Positions 39,564-54,063 of a DNA stretch of 64,000 nt are shown piece by piece. The position numbers and the translations under genes are program-made. The stretch is from the human T2T-CHM13v2.0 reference genome, Homo sapiens, in NCBI RefSeq assembly GCF_009914755.1, contig NC_060926.1; one strand, 5' to 3'. The notes below the pieces were generated by a model. It had not been told where the DNA came from and searched no databases. It saw nothing but the letters and a program-made list of their open reading frames with translations. Numbering within the stretch: position 1 is the stretch's first letter; the number at the start of each line of letters is the position of its first letter.

Positions 39564-40970
39564 AGAGGTTGCTGAAACTTTCTCACCTATTTACTTGCAT
39601 TTACTCTTTGTAATTGAGTGAAGACCTAATGTGCGACCCCCTGGGGCATTCTATAGCTAAACTAAATTACTGGTGAAATTTACAAATCCAATGACAAAGT
39701 AACGCAAAGACCAAAAAGAACAGTCTAAAAAAATTGCTCCTTCTCTTTTTCAATCAATCCTCAGGATTAAAGGGAGAATTTACTGATAAAGACAGAGAAG
39801 TAATCTCTGATGGAGCGAGATGGTGTATCAGTGTTCTCCATATTCGTTCAATTAATAGACTTCACTGTATGCAAACTCTGATAAGTGGATGAAATGTGTT
39901 GTTTCTTAATGATCTAATTTGTATTCCAGCAGGATGTAGGCTCTGCTAGACAAACATTTCGCTTGGCTATTTCCCTCCAAACATTTATGCCTCTTGATGT
40001 GCTAGCCATTTATTTTGACAGTGGGGCTTGATGCACATCTCTACTGTTAATAGCTCTGCAAACATTTTACAACAAAAATACCATACAACTGGAACTAATC
40101 TCATTATTTTCCATGTTAATAATTCTTACAGCAACAGAAGATCATTAAAACCCAGAATGGTAATGCACAGATGTTTAATGTAGATGTTCAAGAGCTCCTA
40201 GCCAAGTCATTCCTTCACTGCTTTTCACAACAAATATTTACTGAGCAATTACTCTGTTGCAGGCACTGTGTTGTTTGTACATATTTTTAATAAAACAGGT
40301 ATGATCTCCTTCTTTACGGAGCTGCCATTCTAGTGGGAGAGAGATCACTGAGTTTAACAAACAAGTAAATGACTACTCATAAGTTGGGATAAATTTTACC
40401 AGGGCTGTATTTTCCCTCACCATAACCTCCCTTAACATGCCTCCTCTCTCACTATTAAAAGGCGGCTTCTATCATTTGCTTGTATGATATTCCTACCACT
40501 TACTTATTTTTCATCTCCAGTTCAAAGATTAACTGTAGAATCTTCACACCGATCTGATGTGTAAGAATCAAGTAATTGGCTCCTAGAATTCCAAATAAAT
40601 GAAGATAAACATAGCCCATGCTTCAGAGTTGGCACGGGCACTAAACAAAGGCATACCTCATTCACATTTTTGCAGAAGCCCCTTGAATATTTCTATGGCC
40701 TCCAGTAGTTGGTCCTCATTCTCCCACTTTCCAGTCTTACCTCATTTGTCCCCCGTACGTGAAGTACAATAGCTCTTTCTGCACCAAACCTCTCACCCCT
40801 CTTCTTTTCAAATGAACCTCAGGGTCTCTAACACCAAGCTGTTCCTGTCTGAACAAGCTCTCCTGCCCTCTCTTAATTCTCCTTATACCTTCCTTACCAT
40901 ACCTCCTACTCTAACCACCCAGAGAGAGAATGCTGCCTTCACATTTTAAACTGTGTCATATAATTTATGG

Positions 40971-41628
40971 TAGTGTTTTCCAACCCCATCAGATGCAATG
41001 TTCCATTTTATAACAAATATTATGTAATGCTGCCTTTACTATCCTGAAATGAAATTAACAGATAATATAATTTACCTACAACATTATTTCAAGAAAAAAA
41101 TCAATATGCTGCCCTAACTGTAATACAAAGGAGAAATAAAAGGGAAGTCATCTGTAATAAAACGATATGTACAGAGAAATGCTATTCTAGAATATAGAAT
41201 GAATTAAGCAGAAGCTCGCACCTACCTATAATGAATAATTTTGTATTTAAAAGAAGAGGATTATTTTTGAACTTCCATACAAGGCGTACAAGAACATAAA
41301 AGAACACAAGTAGAAGCTGACACTAAAATAAAAACTAATACAACAGACCAGACTTATCTGTATATAGGAAATAGAGGGAAACCACCTTAAATAAAGTACA
41401 GAGAAGATGCAGAGACAAATTACAGACTGTCAAAACAGAGATGTGAGAAAATATGATGTTCCTATAAATGACCCAAGACATATCCAAGTCTTAACATTAT
41501 ACCTTGAGTATGGCATGCAACAGGGTAGTGATAAATATCATAGAAAATGTATCTCTCATCTTAAAATCCCACCACCTGCTGAAGTTTCCATTCAGTCTAT
41601 AGTACTCACAACACTTTGGGGAACATAC
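40971..41628 (+). mobile_element. hAT-Charlie type DNA transposon (Charlie4/MER80-like)
   Basis: tagtgttttccaac start, ctttactatcctgaaatgaaatt internal motif, cactttggggaacatact end. Confidence 0.55.
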
Positions 41629-42427
41629 TCTTTAGTGGGCCATTGCACATAAAACATGAATGGGAATGTGACAAGTACTTCATGTCAAAAATGAGAAATA
41701 TTTTTAAAACAAGCTTTAATAAGTTTCAATGAGGTCTATTGAGTTTCATGTGTCTCCACTAATTTAATACTGTTTGATTCTAAGTATGTGAATCATAGTT
41801 TCCCATCTTGTTTACTACATATTTGTATGTGGCAACTATAAGTGGAGACTGATGGCTCAAAAAAAAGATGTCTTCTTGTTAACTTGGATGGTTCAAATGA
41901 TGCCCCTGTTGAGGGCATAGTCTACCAAAATGGTGAAAAACACTTGTCATGCTCTGAATAAAACAAAGTACTCTTCATTTACAAAAGAGATGCATTCTAG
42001 GAAAATTCAATGTACATTGAAACTATGGAAAACATATCTTGTGTCTATACAAAAAACAGAGTTAGGTTCTAGACATTCATTTGTACATACACAAGTGTCC
42101 AGCAGAACCAGGGGCAATTTTTGTTTGGGAATCTTTATTGCATGCTAAAATAACCATGGCTTTCCTGGTTCCCACATATTAAAAGATCATAACACACCCA
42201 TGATAACTGGGATGACAACAAAAGTTCCGGTAAGCTTTCAATATATTGCTAATGGGCAGTACTTTCCTAGTCAAGACCTTTGTTTTGTGGAGCGTTTCTA
42301 CAGAGGAGCCAAAATCTCATACTATTCAGTCTTTTCTTTCTCCCCTATAGCTTAGAATCTTCCCAGGTGTCCTTCAAAATGCCTTGCTACCATGTTCTCA
42401 CAAAATGCAGGTTCTAGGAATTCCAGA

Positions 42428-43064
42428 TCTGGCAGGCTGGAAAATGACCCCTGAAAAACATATCTAACTCCAGGCCAGGTATGTGTCTCATGCCTGTAAT
42501 CCCAACACTTTCGGAGGCCAACGTGGGAGGATCTCTTGAGCCCAGCAGCTCAAAGCCAACTGGGGCAATACAGTGAGACCTTGTCCATACAAGAAAATTA
42601 AAAAAAAAAAAAAAAGAAAAGTCTAACCCCAGAACTCTTTGCAGTTGTAATTAGGTAAAGGATCCTGAGATTAGGAGATGATCCTGAGATATCTGGGTAA
42701 GCTCTAAATCCAACGACAAGCATTCTTATAAGAGAAAGGTAGAAAGAGATTTGAGACAAAAAGAAGAAGAGAAGACAGTTTCTGCCTCCGTGGTCACACT
42801 GCCACCTCTTCGTTGTGGAGGCAGTGGGAGACCATGGAGGCAGAAACTGGAGTTACATGGCCACAGGCCAAGGATGGCTGGCAGCCACCAGAAGCTAAAA
42901 GAGGCAAAGAATAGATTTCCCCTTCAGAGCCCAAGGGAATGTGGCTCTGCAGACACCTTGATTACAAACATCTGGCCTCCAGAACTGTGAGACAATAAAT
43001 TTCTGTCCTTTTAAGCCACCAAGTCTGTGGTAATTGGTTATAGCAACCAAAGGAAATGAATACA
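42428..43064 (+). mobile_element. MLT1C-like MaLR solo LTR, interrupted by a FLAM
   Basis: gccaccagaagct, ggcctccagaactgtgagacaataaatttctg, ends ggaaatgaataca. Confidence 0.85.
42473..42616 (+). mobile_element. FLAM (free left Alu monomer)
   Basis: Single J-type monomer, A tail, TSD tctaactcca/tctaacccca. Confidence 0.85.
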
Positions 43065-43271
43065 GCAGATGAGTTAGACACTGGCCAGGGTAGAAGAAAG
43101 GTTAATATCATGCTTTGTTTATGTGTTTGTTTTGCCCTAAGACTTCTACATTCTCTGAACACGGTTGGAGACTTGGCGGGGGAAATTACAGAATAGAGAA
43201 ACCTCTGTTCTATTTCAAACGCTCTACTCAGCTTCCCTCCACTCCACTGTCCTTCCCAGGTAATACCTCGC

Positions 43272-43649
43272 TGATGTGGTTTGGGTCTGTGTCCCTACCC
43301 AAATCTCACATTCAATTGTAATCCGCAGTGTTAGAGGGGCTTGGTGGGAGGTGACTGGATCATGGGGGTAGATATCCCCCTTGCTGTTCTTGTGATGGTG
43401 AGTGAGTTCTCACACGATCTGGTTATTTAAAGGTGTGTATCACCTCCCCATTCATGCTCTCTTCCTCCTGCTCTGGCCATGTAAGATGTGCCTGCTTCCC
43501 CTTCCGCCATGATTGTGAGTTTCCTGAGGCCTCCCTAACCATGCTTCCTGTACATGCCTGTGGAACTGTGAGCCAGTTAAACCTCTTTTCTTTATAAATT
43601 ACCCAGTCCAAGATATTTCTTCATAGGCATGCAAGAACGAACGAATACA
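43272..43649 (+). mobile_element. MSTA-like MaLR solo LTR
   Basis: tgatgtggtttgg...cccaaatctca...aaacctcttttctttataaattacccagtc...aataca; candidate 5-bp TSD ctcgc/ttcac. Confidence 0.88.
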
Positions 43650-43654
43650 TTCAC

Positions 43655-43945
43655 TCAGCCTATGGATCTTAGCTTGAGATTTCCTTCCCCATGGAAACCT
43701 TTCCTGTCCCTCTCCAGCTAAGTGAGATTCCACCACATGAGCTGGAATAGAATTGTTTTCCCATTCTGCAGACCACTCACCTCATTTTAAAACTAAACAT
43801 TGACTACAATGAGTCCTCAGCAAATATTGGTTTACCCCACTAGAATGTAAGCTCCTCTAGATAAAGGGCCCTGGGTATATTTCCTCACCATTGCTTTTCT
43901 CTGTGGCCTGGCATGGTACTCACATAAATATTTTATGAATGAATA
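43655..43945 (+). mobile_element. L2 3' end
   Basis: ccccactagaatgtaagctcc...cctggcatggtactc...aaatattttatgaatgaat. Confidence 0.65.
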
Positions 43946-43992
43946 TTTAGATACAGTCATTTACAGATGTTTTGGTTTAAAAAAAGATGCTT

Positions 43993-44306
<314 letters not shown>

Positions 44307-44468
44307 TCAGCTTTCCAGCAGCAGCAATAAATTTCTTTCCAGGATAAAGCCATGTTTTGATGAGTACATTCTTCTAGATACTGTACTTACAATACCCATT
44401 TCAATGGTCTCATCACCCCAACCTCTGACTCAATACTTAGTGTTTGAACATGATCAGTTCATGGCCAC

Positions 44469-45114
44469 CACAGTGGGTTGAATTGTGTCTCCTGTAAAAT
44501 TCATGTCTACCTAGAAAAAACAAATATGAATTTATTTGGAAATAGGATATTTGTAGGTATAGGCAGTTAAGACAAGGTCATATCGGACCTGAAATCCAAT
44601 GGCTGAAATTGGGCCTGAAATCCAATTGGGCCTGAAATCCAATGACTGGTGTCCTAATAAGGGGAGGGAGATTTGGATACAGCAGAGGAAGATGGCCTCA
44701 TAAAAACCAAGGCAGAAGTTGGAGTGATGCAGCTACAAGCTAAGGATTGCCGGTAACACCAGAAGCTAGGAAGGAGCAAAGAAGAATTCTTCCCTAGAGC
44801 CTTCTGAAGGAACTCAGCCCTGCCAGCACCTTGATTGAAGCCATCTAGCCTCCAAAACCATGCATAAATATATTTCTGATGTCTTAAGGCAGTAAGTCCT
44901 AAGTTAACATTTCAATAGGTTCTTGGAAACTGCAACTTTAAGTGAAACAACATACAGCAAGTCCTAAAATAACATAATTTTTTTTCAACGTCATTTCATT
45001 TTAACATTGATGAGGAAAATAACTGGTTTCATTATGCATCGTTTTGCCTAAAGTTGCAGTTCCCAAGAACTTATCTACTGTCCTTCATTACAGTGGCCCT
45101 AGAAAAGTAATACA
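44469..45114 (+). mobile_element. MLT1C/B-like MaLR solo LTR, interrupted near its 3' end
   Basis: gggttgaattgtgtc start, ccagaagctaggaag, ends ccctagaaaagtaataca. Confidence 0.82.
44890..45080. mobile_element. Tigger-family non-autonomous element (MER82-like) with long inverted ends
   Basis: cagtaagtcct start; ataggttcttggaaactgcaacttta is complementary to taaagttgcagttcccaagaacttat. Confidence 0.7.
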
Positions 45115-45289
45115 GCCAGTAAACCACTGGTACGTTTTATGGTTTTTTGCCCATGTTTCTTTTATAATGAGTCACCTCACTGAGATTTGCCTTAGTAACA
45201 CCATTCCTTTCAATCAGTTCCAGCCATTGGCTAATGAGATGGCACAATCAGAATTAGAGGAATATAGGGGTTCAATTGTAGAAAAAGAC

Positions 45290-45550
45290 TGCAAACCAGT
45301 ATAATCTGAGCAAGGCAGCAGTACTACACAGAACAGCTCAGGTGCCAGGTGGTTTTTTGTTTGCTTTTGCAGTTCCTGCCTCTTTCTAGTTACATGCTGA
45401 GCTCTGTGCCTTACCTTCCTCATCTGTAAAATGGAAATAATAATAATCCCTTCCTTGTAGAGTTGTGAAGATTAAATTACATGCTGCATACAAAATGCTT
45501 AGCATAGTACCTAGGACAAGGTAATTAAGCAATAAATATTAGCTGTTACT
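45290..45550 (+). mobile_element. MIR
   Basis: ttcctcatctgtaaaatggaaataataata...gaagattaaat...aataaatattagctg. Confidence 0.8.
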
Positions 45551-45886
45551 ATTGCTAGTAGTGGCAGGGGCAAGGGTCAAAAATAATCATTTCATTCAAT
45601 TAAAAAACAAAGGCCTAAACCCTAAGTATGTGATGGCTGTGGTAGACACCTGAAAAACTGAATGCTTTTATTCCATGTAGTGAAGATCTTATTTTTCTTG
45701 CAGATTATTCTGGAGTTTGACTCTAAGAGTTATCTTTAGATGCAAAAAGTCATTTCATTTTAAAACAGCAGTGCCTGAATACCACTTATGTTGCCTGAAT
45801 TTGTTCACATTACTATTCACGAAGCTTGACATCCTGCAATGACTTCTGCACAAAACTCAAAGTCAGTAAAACTTTAGGCTACTTAC

Positions 45887-45977
45887 CATCAAGACAGGGA
45901 ACAAACCCTTCTCTCTGCAAGGTTTTTATAATTAAACATCATGACATCTAATGATGTCTACACAGAACCGCTTCTCA
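45887..45977 (-). other. Candidate cryptic or non-coding exon (91 nt)
   Basis: cttttctgtgctag| ... GATG|gtaagt. Confidence 0.3.
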
Positions 45978-46957
45978 CTAGCACAGAAAAGTTATCTCTA
46001 ATAGAAATGTTCTTTCTAAATGGTAAAGGAGGGAGCATATAAATATCTCTGCAGTGGTGGCTTCTGGTATAGCTGGTCAGAGTGGACAGGACACATACCA
46101 ATTACTGTTAGGGTTTGCAAAGAAAATAGTTCCCATTCATTTACTATTTGATAGAGGAGAAGGGATCAATGAGCATGAAATATGCCAACTTATAAATTCA
46201 TATTTCTAAAACCTAAACTAGGCAAGGAGTAATGTTCACAATGTATAACCAGTGAGGATGGTTATGCCTCACTGTACTGCCCAATCAGAAAGAGTGGACA
46301 CTGGCCTTAGGCCTGGAGCAGTCCTGGAAGGTCCCTACCACTGCAGATGTTTGCCCTTTACTTGCTAGATAGCAGGAGGTCTGAGGCTCTCAGGGAGAGG
46401 CAGGGGCTCCAAGTCATACAGGAATGGGTAGGCACTCCAGTTGACTGAAGGACACACAGGGGGTTTCAGGCAATGGCTATTTGCCAAGCAATATGGAAGT
46501 ATTTTAATATTGTAACTGTGTGGCTCTAAAGGCACCAACTAGTGAACATTGTCGCCGGATAATACCATGAAGAATTAGACTGGCACTGTGAAAGTGAGGT
46601 GAATCCTAAGGCAGTCACAAAGCAGAGGACAGCTGAGAGAGATATAGGAGGGAGCCATTGTGGATTGGTGTATGCATGGTGAGTTCTACACAGAATCAGG
46701 GAGCCGGAGGGTTTGATCCCTCAAATTCTATTTTAGTATTTGGTATTATTTTCTAATTATATTGCTGCAGTAACAAAATTCCTTTGTTAAATAATTAAAA
46801 GACTCCTTTTAAGGCTAAATACCACCTGGCTCCCAAATTTTGGTCTACTCTCCCCGGAAACAACTCCTTATTACAAATTTAGTAGTCTCATTGCAGGTAT
46901 CTTTCCATGTATACTTATGTGCATTTGGTACTGTTTTGGGTGCTATGTGTTTACATA

Positions 46958-47582
46958 TGTGGTGGGCGGAATTGTCAAATGCTCCCCTAAAATGTCCTCT
47001 CTCATCCCTAGAACTGTCAAGATGATGAGATATCACACCCTGATTATGTTATGAGACAAAAGGAATTTTGCAAATTAGTTAAGGTTACTAATAAGTTGAC
47101 TTTGAGTTAATCAAAAGAGATCATCTAAGTGGACCTAATCTAATCATACATGCCCTTTAAAAGCAGAGTTTTCTCCAGGTGGTAGCAGAAGGGAATTCAG
47201 AGAGATTCAAAGCATAAGAATTTGATGCACCATCACTGGCTTTGAAGATGGAACTGACCATGTGCCACGGAATGCAGATGACCCCTAGAAGTTTAGAGTA
47301 GCCCCCTCTGAGAGCAAGAAAATGGGGACTTCACTCCTATAACCCCCAAAAACTGAATCCTGCCAACAATATGAATGAGCTTGGAAGCAGATTCTTCTCA
47401 GAACCTCCAGATAAGAACCAAGCCTGGCTGGCACCTTGATTTCAGCCTTATGAGACCCTAAGAAGAGAACCCAGGTGAGCCCACTGAGACTTCTGACCTC
47501 CACACCTGTGAGATCATAAACAGGTATTGTTTTAAGGTAAATTTGTGGTAAACTGCTACACAGTAACAGAAAATGAATTCCA
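46958..47582 (+). mobile_element. MLT1E-like MaLR solo LTR
   Basis: tgtggtgggcggaatt start, gttgactttgagttaatcaaaag, aactgaatcctgccaacaa, caccttgatttcagcct. Confidence 0.82.
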
Positions 47583-47678
47583 TATATCATCCTACAATTT
47601 GTTTTAATTCAATAGTAAGTCTTAGGAATCTATGTGAATTAATTCATTCCTTTGAACTGTTCCATAGTATTCCATAGT

Positions 47679-48100
47679 ATGTGGTAAACCATTTTCAAGG
47701 ATGGCTGCCAAGAACTGCCCCCATCACTGTGCAAACCAGCTCCTTCTCTTGTTATTTTCCTGCTCTTAGAATTTGGGTCAGGCTCGTGACTGGTTTTCAT
47801 CAACAAAATCTAGTGGAGGTGACATTCAAGAACTTCTGAACTCAAGTCTTTACAGACCTTGAGGCTTCTGCTTTTGCCCTTTTGAGATTGAAGAAGCATG
47901 AATAAAAGCTCAAACTAACCTACTGAATGATGAGACCCCGCATGGCAGGGGTGCAGCCCCCAGCCAAGCTTCAGATAATCTCAGGAGACTCTATGTAGAG
48001 GAGAGGAACCACTCAGCTAAGCCGGGCAACCCAGACAACTGTGAGAAAAACTAAATCATTGTTGTCTAAGTCACTGCATTTTGAGATGGTTAGTATAACT
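47679..48100 (+). mobile_element. MLT1G/H-like MaLR LTR
   Basis: tgtggtaaac...aaggatggctgcca, actgtgagaaa...taagtcactgcattttg. Confidence 0.7.
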
Positions 48101-48595
48101 CTCTATGTGCTCAATAGAGACATAATAGCACATACATCATGAGTAGATAAATTACGACTATCCCAATTCATCCATTCTCCTATTGATAAACAGTGTTGTG
48201 TTTTCCAGTCATTAAACTGGACCATACGAAATTGCCATTTCTATAAGTGAAAACTGGTCTAATATCAGCAATCTTACAAACAAACCACTGTGAGTACTTC
48301 TCCCCATGCCTCTTTGTACACACGGTGGACACATGGCCTCAGGGTGAGAACTAGGCAGAAGAATAGGCATCCACAAGGTTGGCACATTTAAAATTTTACC
48401 AGATGCTACTAAATTACCCACAGACTGATTCCTATCAGTGTATAATACGGTGTTATATCCCTTGATCTATACATCTCTAGAAACTCCATTATAATAAAAA
48501 TGGTTATCCAGGCCTCAAAATGCAGCAAACCTAATACGAACCAATCTAAACCTAAAGCAGTGTTGGCAAACCTGATATAAAATTTCTGATAATTA

Positions 48596-48970
<375 letters not shown>

Positions 48971-49354
48971 TTAAATATTCTGTGGCAGGTAATTATTTTA
49001 GGAAAGATAGATATGGCTTCCTATTTGTGGAACAGTTAAATTTATATTAAGTTGAGTTTATCTTCCATGAGTAGGCCTCCCCTAGGTGGTGGAAGTAAAA
49101 CTGAAATAGGGTATACAGTGGGAGAGTTTTAGCAGCCTAGAAGTTCATACAAGTTCAAAGGTACTAGTCGCTAATGAATGAAGACACTTCACTCCGCAGA
49201 TAATAGTGTTATCTATCCAGGTGCCAATATTGTGATAACTTGGAGGCTGAACAGTACAATAATATTTAGAACATGCTTATTAAGGGGTGACTTAATAAAC
49301 TTTTATCTTAAGCAGAGACTCTCTATACAATACTTATGTGAGGTCTATTGTACT

Positions 49355-49742
49355 TATGTCCCTAATGTAAGTTCTTTTCTTCCTCTGCAGTAATACAAAT
49401 CTAGCTGGGCACCTGACCACATTGCCCACGACATTTGGAGCGAGGCATAGCCATGCCTAGCTAAGTTTGAACTGACGGAACAAGGTGTGATGTGTCACAA
49501 CTTCTAGATTTTAGCATGTGACACCCTTGACCCTTCACAATGGCAGGGAGGCAAGGAGGCATGGAGCAGCTGCCTTGGACTCCGAGATGATGGCTATGCA
49601 CAGAGGGTGGCAGTGTCACCCCATAAGCCCTAGTCATCTACTTCTGGATGCTAAAGTGAGAGACAAATAAACCTCTCTTTTTCAAATCTCTATAGTTTGG
49701 AGTTTTGTCATTATGGAAGCTTTACAGGTATCCTGAGTTGGA
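49355..49742 (+). mobile_element. MLT1J-like MaLR LTR
   Basis: tagctgggcacctg...gatgtgtcacaacttct...gtgagagacaaataaacctc. Confidence 0.55.
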
Positions 49743-52180
49743 TTTCAGGGTTTCTAGAAATTCACACAACCAACCAGCATCATCTCCATCTCTTTACAGA
49801 TTCCTGAAGTTATGCCATCGCAATTTAGTTTCTTTGGCTTGTGATTTCCAGCCTCTGATGAAATGCAAGTATCTCAAGAAAGAGTAAAACTGTAAGCTCC
49901 TAAGACATTAACTCCTTAATGTTTTCTTGATCGTCAGAACCTTTACTCGGGATTCAATAAGAAAGAAAGGAAAATGCAAGTTCCTTGAGTATTTGGTGGA
50001 TGGCTCCAACAGTAGGGGAACAGCCTCTTAAAACTAAAGGAGGCTAAAGACACAAAGAATACGGCAATAATCAACACCTGATTCACAGTGTGGCCACATG
50101 TGTCTGATCCCACAGAGACTGCAAAATATGAACCCACCTTGCCCTAGCTGACTGGGAGAATGCTACGACATAGAGAGGAAAGAACATATGCTGTGGCTAG
50201 CTTCATTTATCTGGGGACTTGTCCTCAGAGCTTGTGTTGTTTGGGATTCCTGATGAGTAATACGTGCATTTTCTACATCTGGGTGAGTCCTGTTACCCAG
50301 GAAGGCTGCTGACACTACCTTGACCCAGTGAAAAAGCTCCATGATGGCAGGCACCTGAAAAGTCACTGGCTTTTGGCAATCTTTCTATTATATGATCTCC
50401 TCAAAAGTTGCATATGTTTAGAAAACACATCAATTTGTTTTCCTCAAAGCAAATATGCAGAAATAAAATTTTAAGAAAGGCACAAAAGTAAATGAGAGCT
50501 ATTCCAAAGATGAAACCGAAAGTGCCTTCTGAAATACCAGCATAAATACCTAAAGTAAGAAAATTTCCAACGTAATGTGTTTTTAATCAGACACATCAAT
50601 CTAAAGTTTCTGCAACATCTGCAAACTTGAATGCTATTGTTAATGTGACCAACGCCTTAAAATAATTGCATTAGGGTTTTTGGCATCACTTTATAATAAG
50701 TGGACAGTTAATTGTTGCTAAATTACAGCTGAATCTCTGCAGAATTGGATATTACATCCATATTAGGATCGAATGACTCCATCATGATTAATGATACTGC
50801 AGTGAGTACCAAGAGAATTAAAATTATTAGGCACTAATTTTAAAGTGTTGACATTTTTCCACAATTTTAGAGTTATGTTTCAACAAAACTTCCCAATTAA
50901 ACTTACTGCTCGTGGTTACTGGGTAAAATTCCGAGACAAATATTCCTTCAAAGATCAACTTTATTAGTGAGTAAACATTAAAATTAAAAAAACATTTTGT
51001 TGAACTATCCACCTTATGTAACTAATAGCAGATGATGTGTTTTACACTCTAGTTATATTTAAATAATACAGCCATGTAATTAAAGATAGTTGGCCATAAT
51101 TAAAATATTCATAACAATTTCCTTTCAAAACATTATGTGCAATTCAGACTGCATATTTGTAGTAAGCTAGAAAAAAGAAACACATTATTAGTTTTAGAGA
51201 AGTACATGCTTAATTATCAAGGGAGTTTCTGCAGATTTTAAAGAAATTACCAAGAGCACAAGCATAAATTGGTGTTTAATTGTTTCTGGAAGATGCTTAG
51301 GTTATAAAATATTTCAAAATATTTCCTAGGAGACAACTTGGTAACAATTCATCAGACACAGACTTGGCAGTGTCACAGAAAAGTAATCATGTACCTAAAA
51401 ATGGGCATTAAACAGACATTCATGGAAAATGACTTATCTTTTACCCACTGTTTTAGTATTACTGAATATTAGTTTCTAAGTACCGTATTGGGCAAGTTAC
51501 TGTGGTTCTTTGAACTAGCTATTCTAAGTCCCAAGAGTAATTTTGCAAATGAATGAAAAATGTAAATAATTTAAGACAGTAAGAATATATAGAAAAAAAA
51601 GCTCTGAGCTCATAATACTAAAACAGTAACAAGTTCAAATTTTGTATTCATCTCTGATTTACCCAGTGGTCTCCACGGAATTTGTTTTCTGCACCTGAAT
51701 TTGATTATTTTTTTTCCAGGGTAGTTTCCCAGGTCAAAATAATGTAAGGAAGATAAATGAGATAATACTGAGAAAACATTTTAACTATTCAAAATAAAGC
51801 TAATTTATTTCCTCCTGTGTTTATCACTGTGCTTCAAAACCCTGTCCTGATATTCTCAGAAACTCAGGTATAAAATGAAGAGATATTTAAGTACATATTG
51901 GGGTCACTGCCACTAACTAGCTGTTGATCTCTGCTAAATTTGCCCCATGTAGCTTCTAAAAACACAGGTGATTTCTCAAACATCTTTGTTTTTGTGGCCC
52001 CTAAAATGCCTACCAAATGATCAGATAGATAGTACTATATTCTCAAAAAAACCCTTTTCAGGCTTCCAGAATTCTGGTAGTCTTCATCCCACACTCCCCT
52101 ATTGAAAAATCACAACTTTTTTCCTTAACCATCCCTTTTTATTGTTACCCCATCCTCTTTTCTTATTTAATTCACTAGAA

Positions 52181-52386
52181 TAGGGGTTGGCCAAGTATGG
52201 CCTGCAAGCCAAATATATACTGCTGTCTGCTTTTGCACATAAAGTTAAGCTGAAATGCAGCTCTTCTTTTACCTATTGTCTATGGCTACTTTTGCGCTAC
52301 AAAGTCAGAATGTCTGTGACAATGATCTACGGCCCACTAGCTTAGACCACTCACACTGGCTTTTTACAGGAGTCTGTGGACGCTGG
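52181..52386 (+). mobile_element. MER58A
   Basis: taggggttggccaagtatggcctgcaagccaaat...attgtctatggctacttttgcgctaca. Confidence 0.75.
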
Positions 52387-52769
52387 TATTGAATATGCGT
52401 TCTCAGTGTTTCTGTGCTGAGGATCTCCTCCTACCTCTCTAAAGTGCAGTTGAAAATGTCTAAGACAAAAGTTAACAGGGTAGATGAGGAATTACTCTTT
52501 GTGAACCATGGGGATACGTCAATAACTTCCTTCAAATAATCTACAAGCATTTCAAGTACACCGAATCTCCCAAAAGGGAGTCCGTAGAAAAGGTAAGCTA
52601 TGGTCAACCACTTGATCTGACAGCTGGAGTGGATCCCACTTTAATTAATCATGTTAGCTACTGATTATTAATCACCTGATAATTATATTTTATCCATCCT
52701 ATTACTCTAAGTTCTTTTGCTACTCTGCATCAAATATTTTATGTACATTATTTTACTTGGTCCAAGCAA

Positions 52770-52935
52770 TAATCATATGTAGTTGGGCCATTTTACAGAT
52801 AATGAAACAGAAATTTAGAAGGACTTTGTTCAAGGATGGACAACTAGCAAAAAGCAGAACTGGGACTGAGCCCCGGACTCCAGAGTCCAGACGTGGTAGG
52901 GTAATGTCACCTAGGTCTTTTCCATTGCCTCTCAC
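52770..52935 (-). mobile_element. MIR
   Basis: ccattttacagataatgaaacaga...gttcaagga...agaactgggactgagccc. Confidence 0.65.
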
Positions 52936-53262
52936 CACACTATGGGCACTCAAATCAAAAAAGTAAAAATTGGGTTGTAGCAACAGCGTAAGAAATCCTT
53001 TTTGGTTATAACAAACTTGGAAGAAGTATCTCATTTAAACTCCATATAAATTACATTCTCAAATGTAATTTATCTTTTGATCAAATTAGGAGTAATACTT
53101 TTCATTTAAGCAGTTTAAATGCACTCTCTTCTGTGGCTTGGAAAAAAAAAACTTTTGTCTCAAAATATTTCCTTACAATGGTTTTCCCAGTACAGATGTG
53201 AGATTATAGTTACCTTTTTAAAATATTTTGTTGACGTTTGTATTCTTAAAATATTTTTACTA

Positions 53263-54063
<801 letters not shown>

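Larger units (their letters stand above)
46810..48480 (-). mobile_element. Fragmented L1ME relic hosting the two LTRs above
   Basis: Antisense L1M 3'-region motifs (atagtattccatagtat, atccattctcctattgataaaca, aacaatcttac-like) in the gaps between LTRs. Confidence 0.5.
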
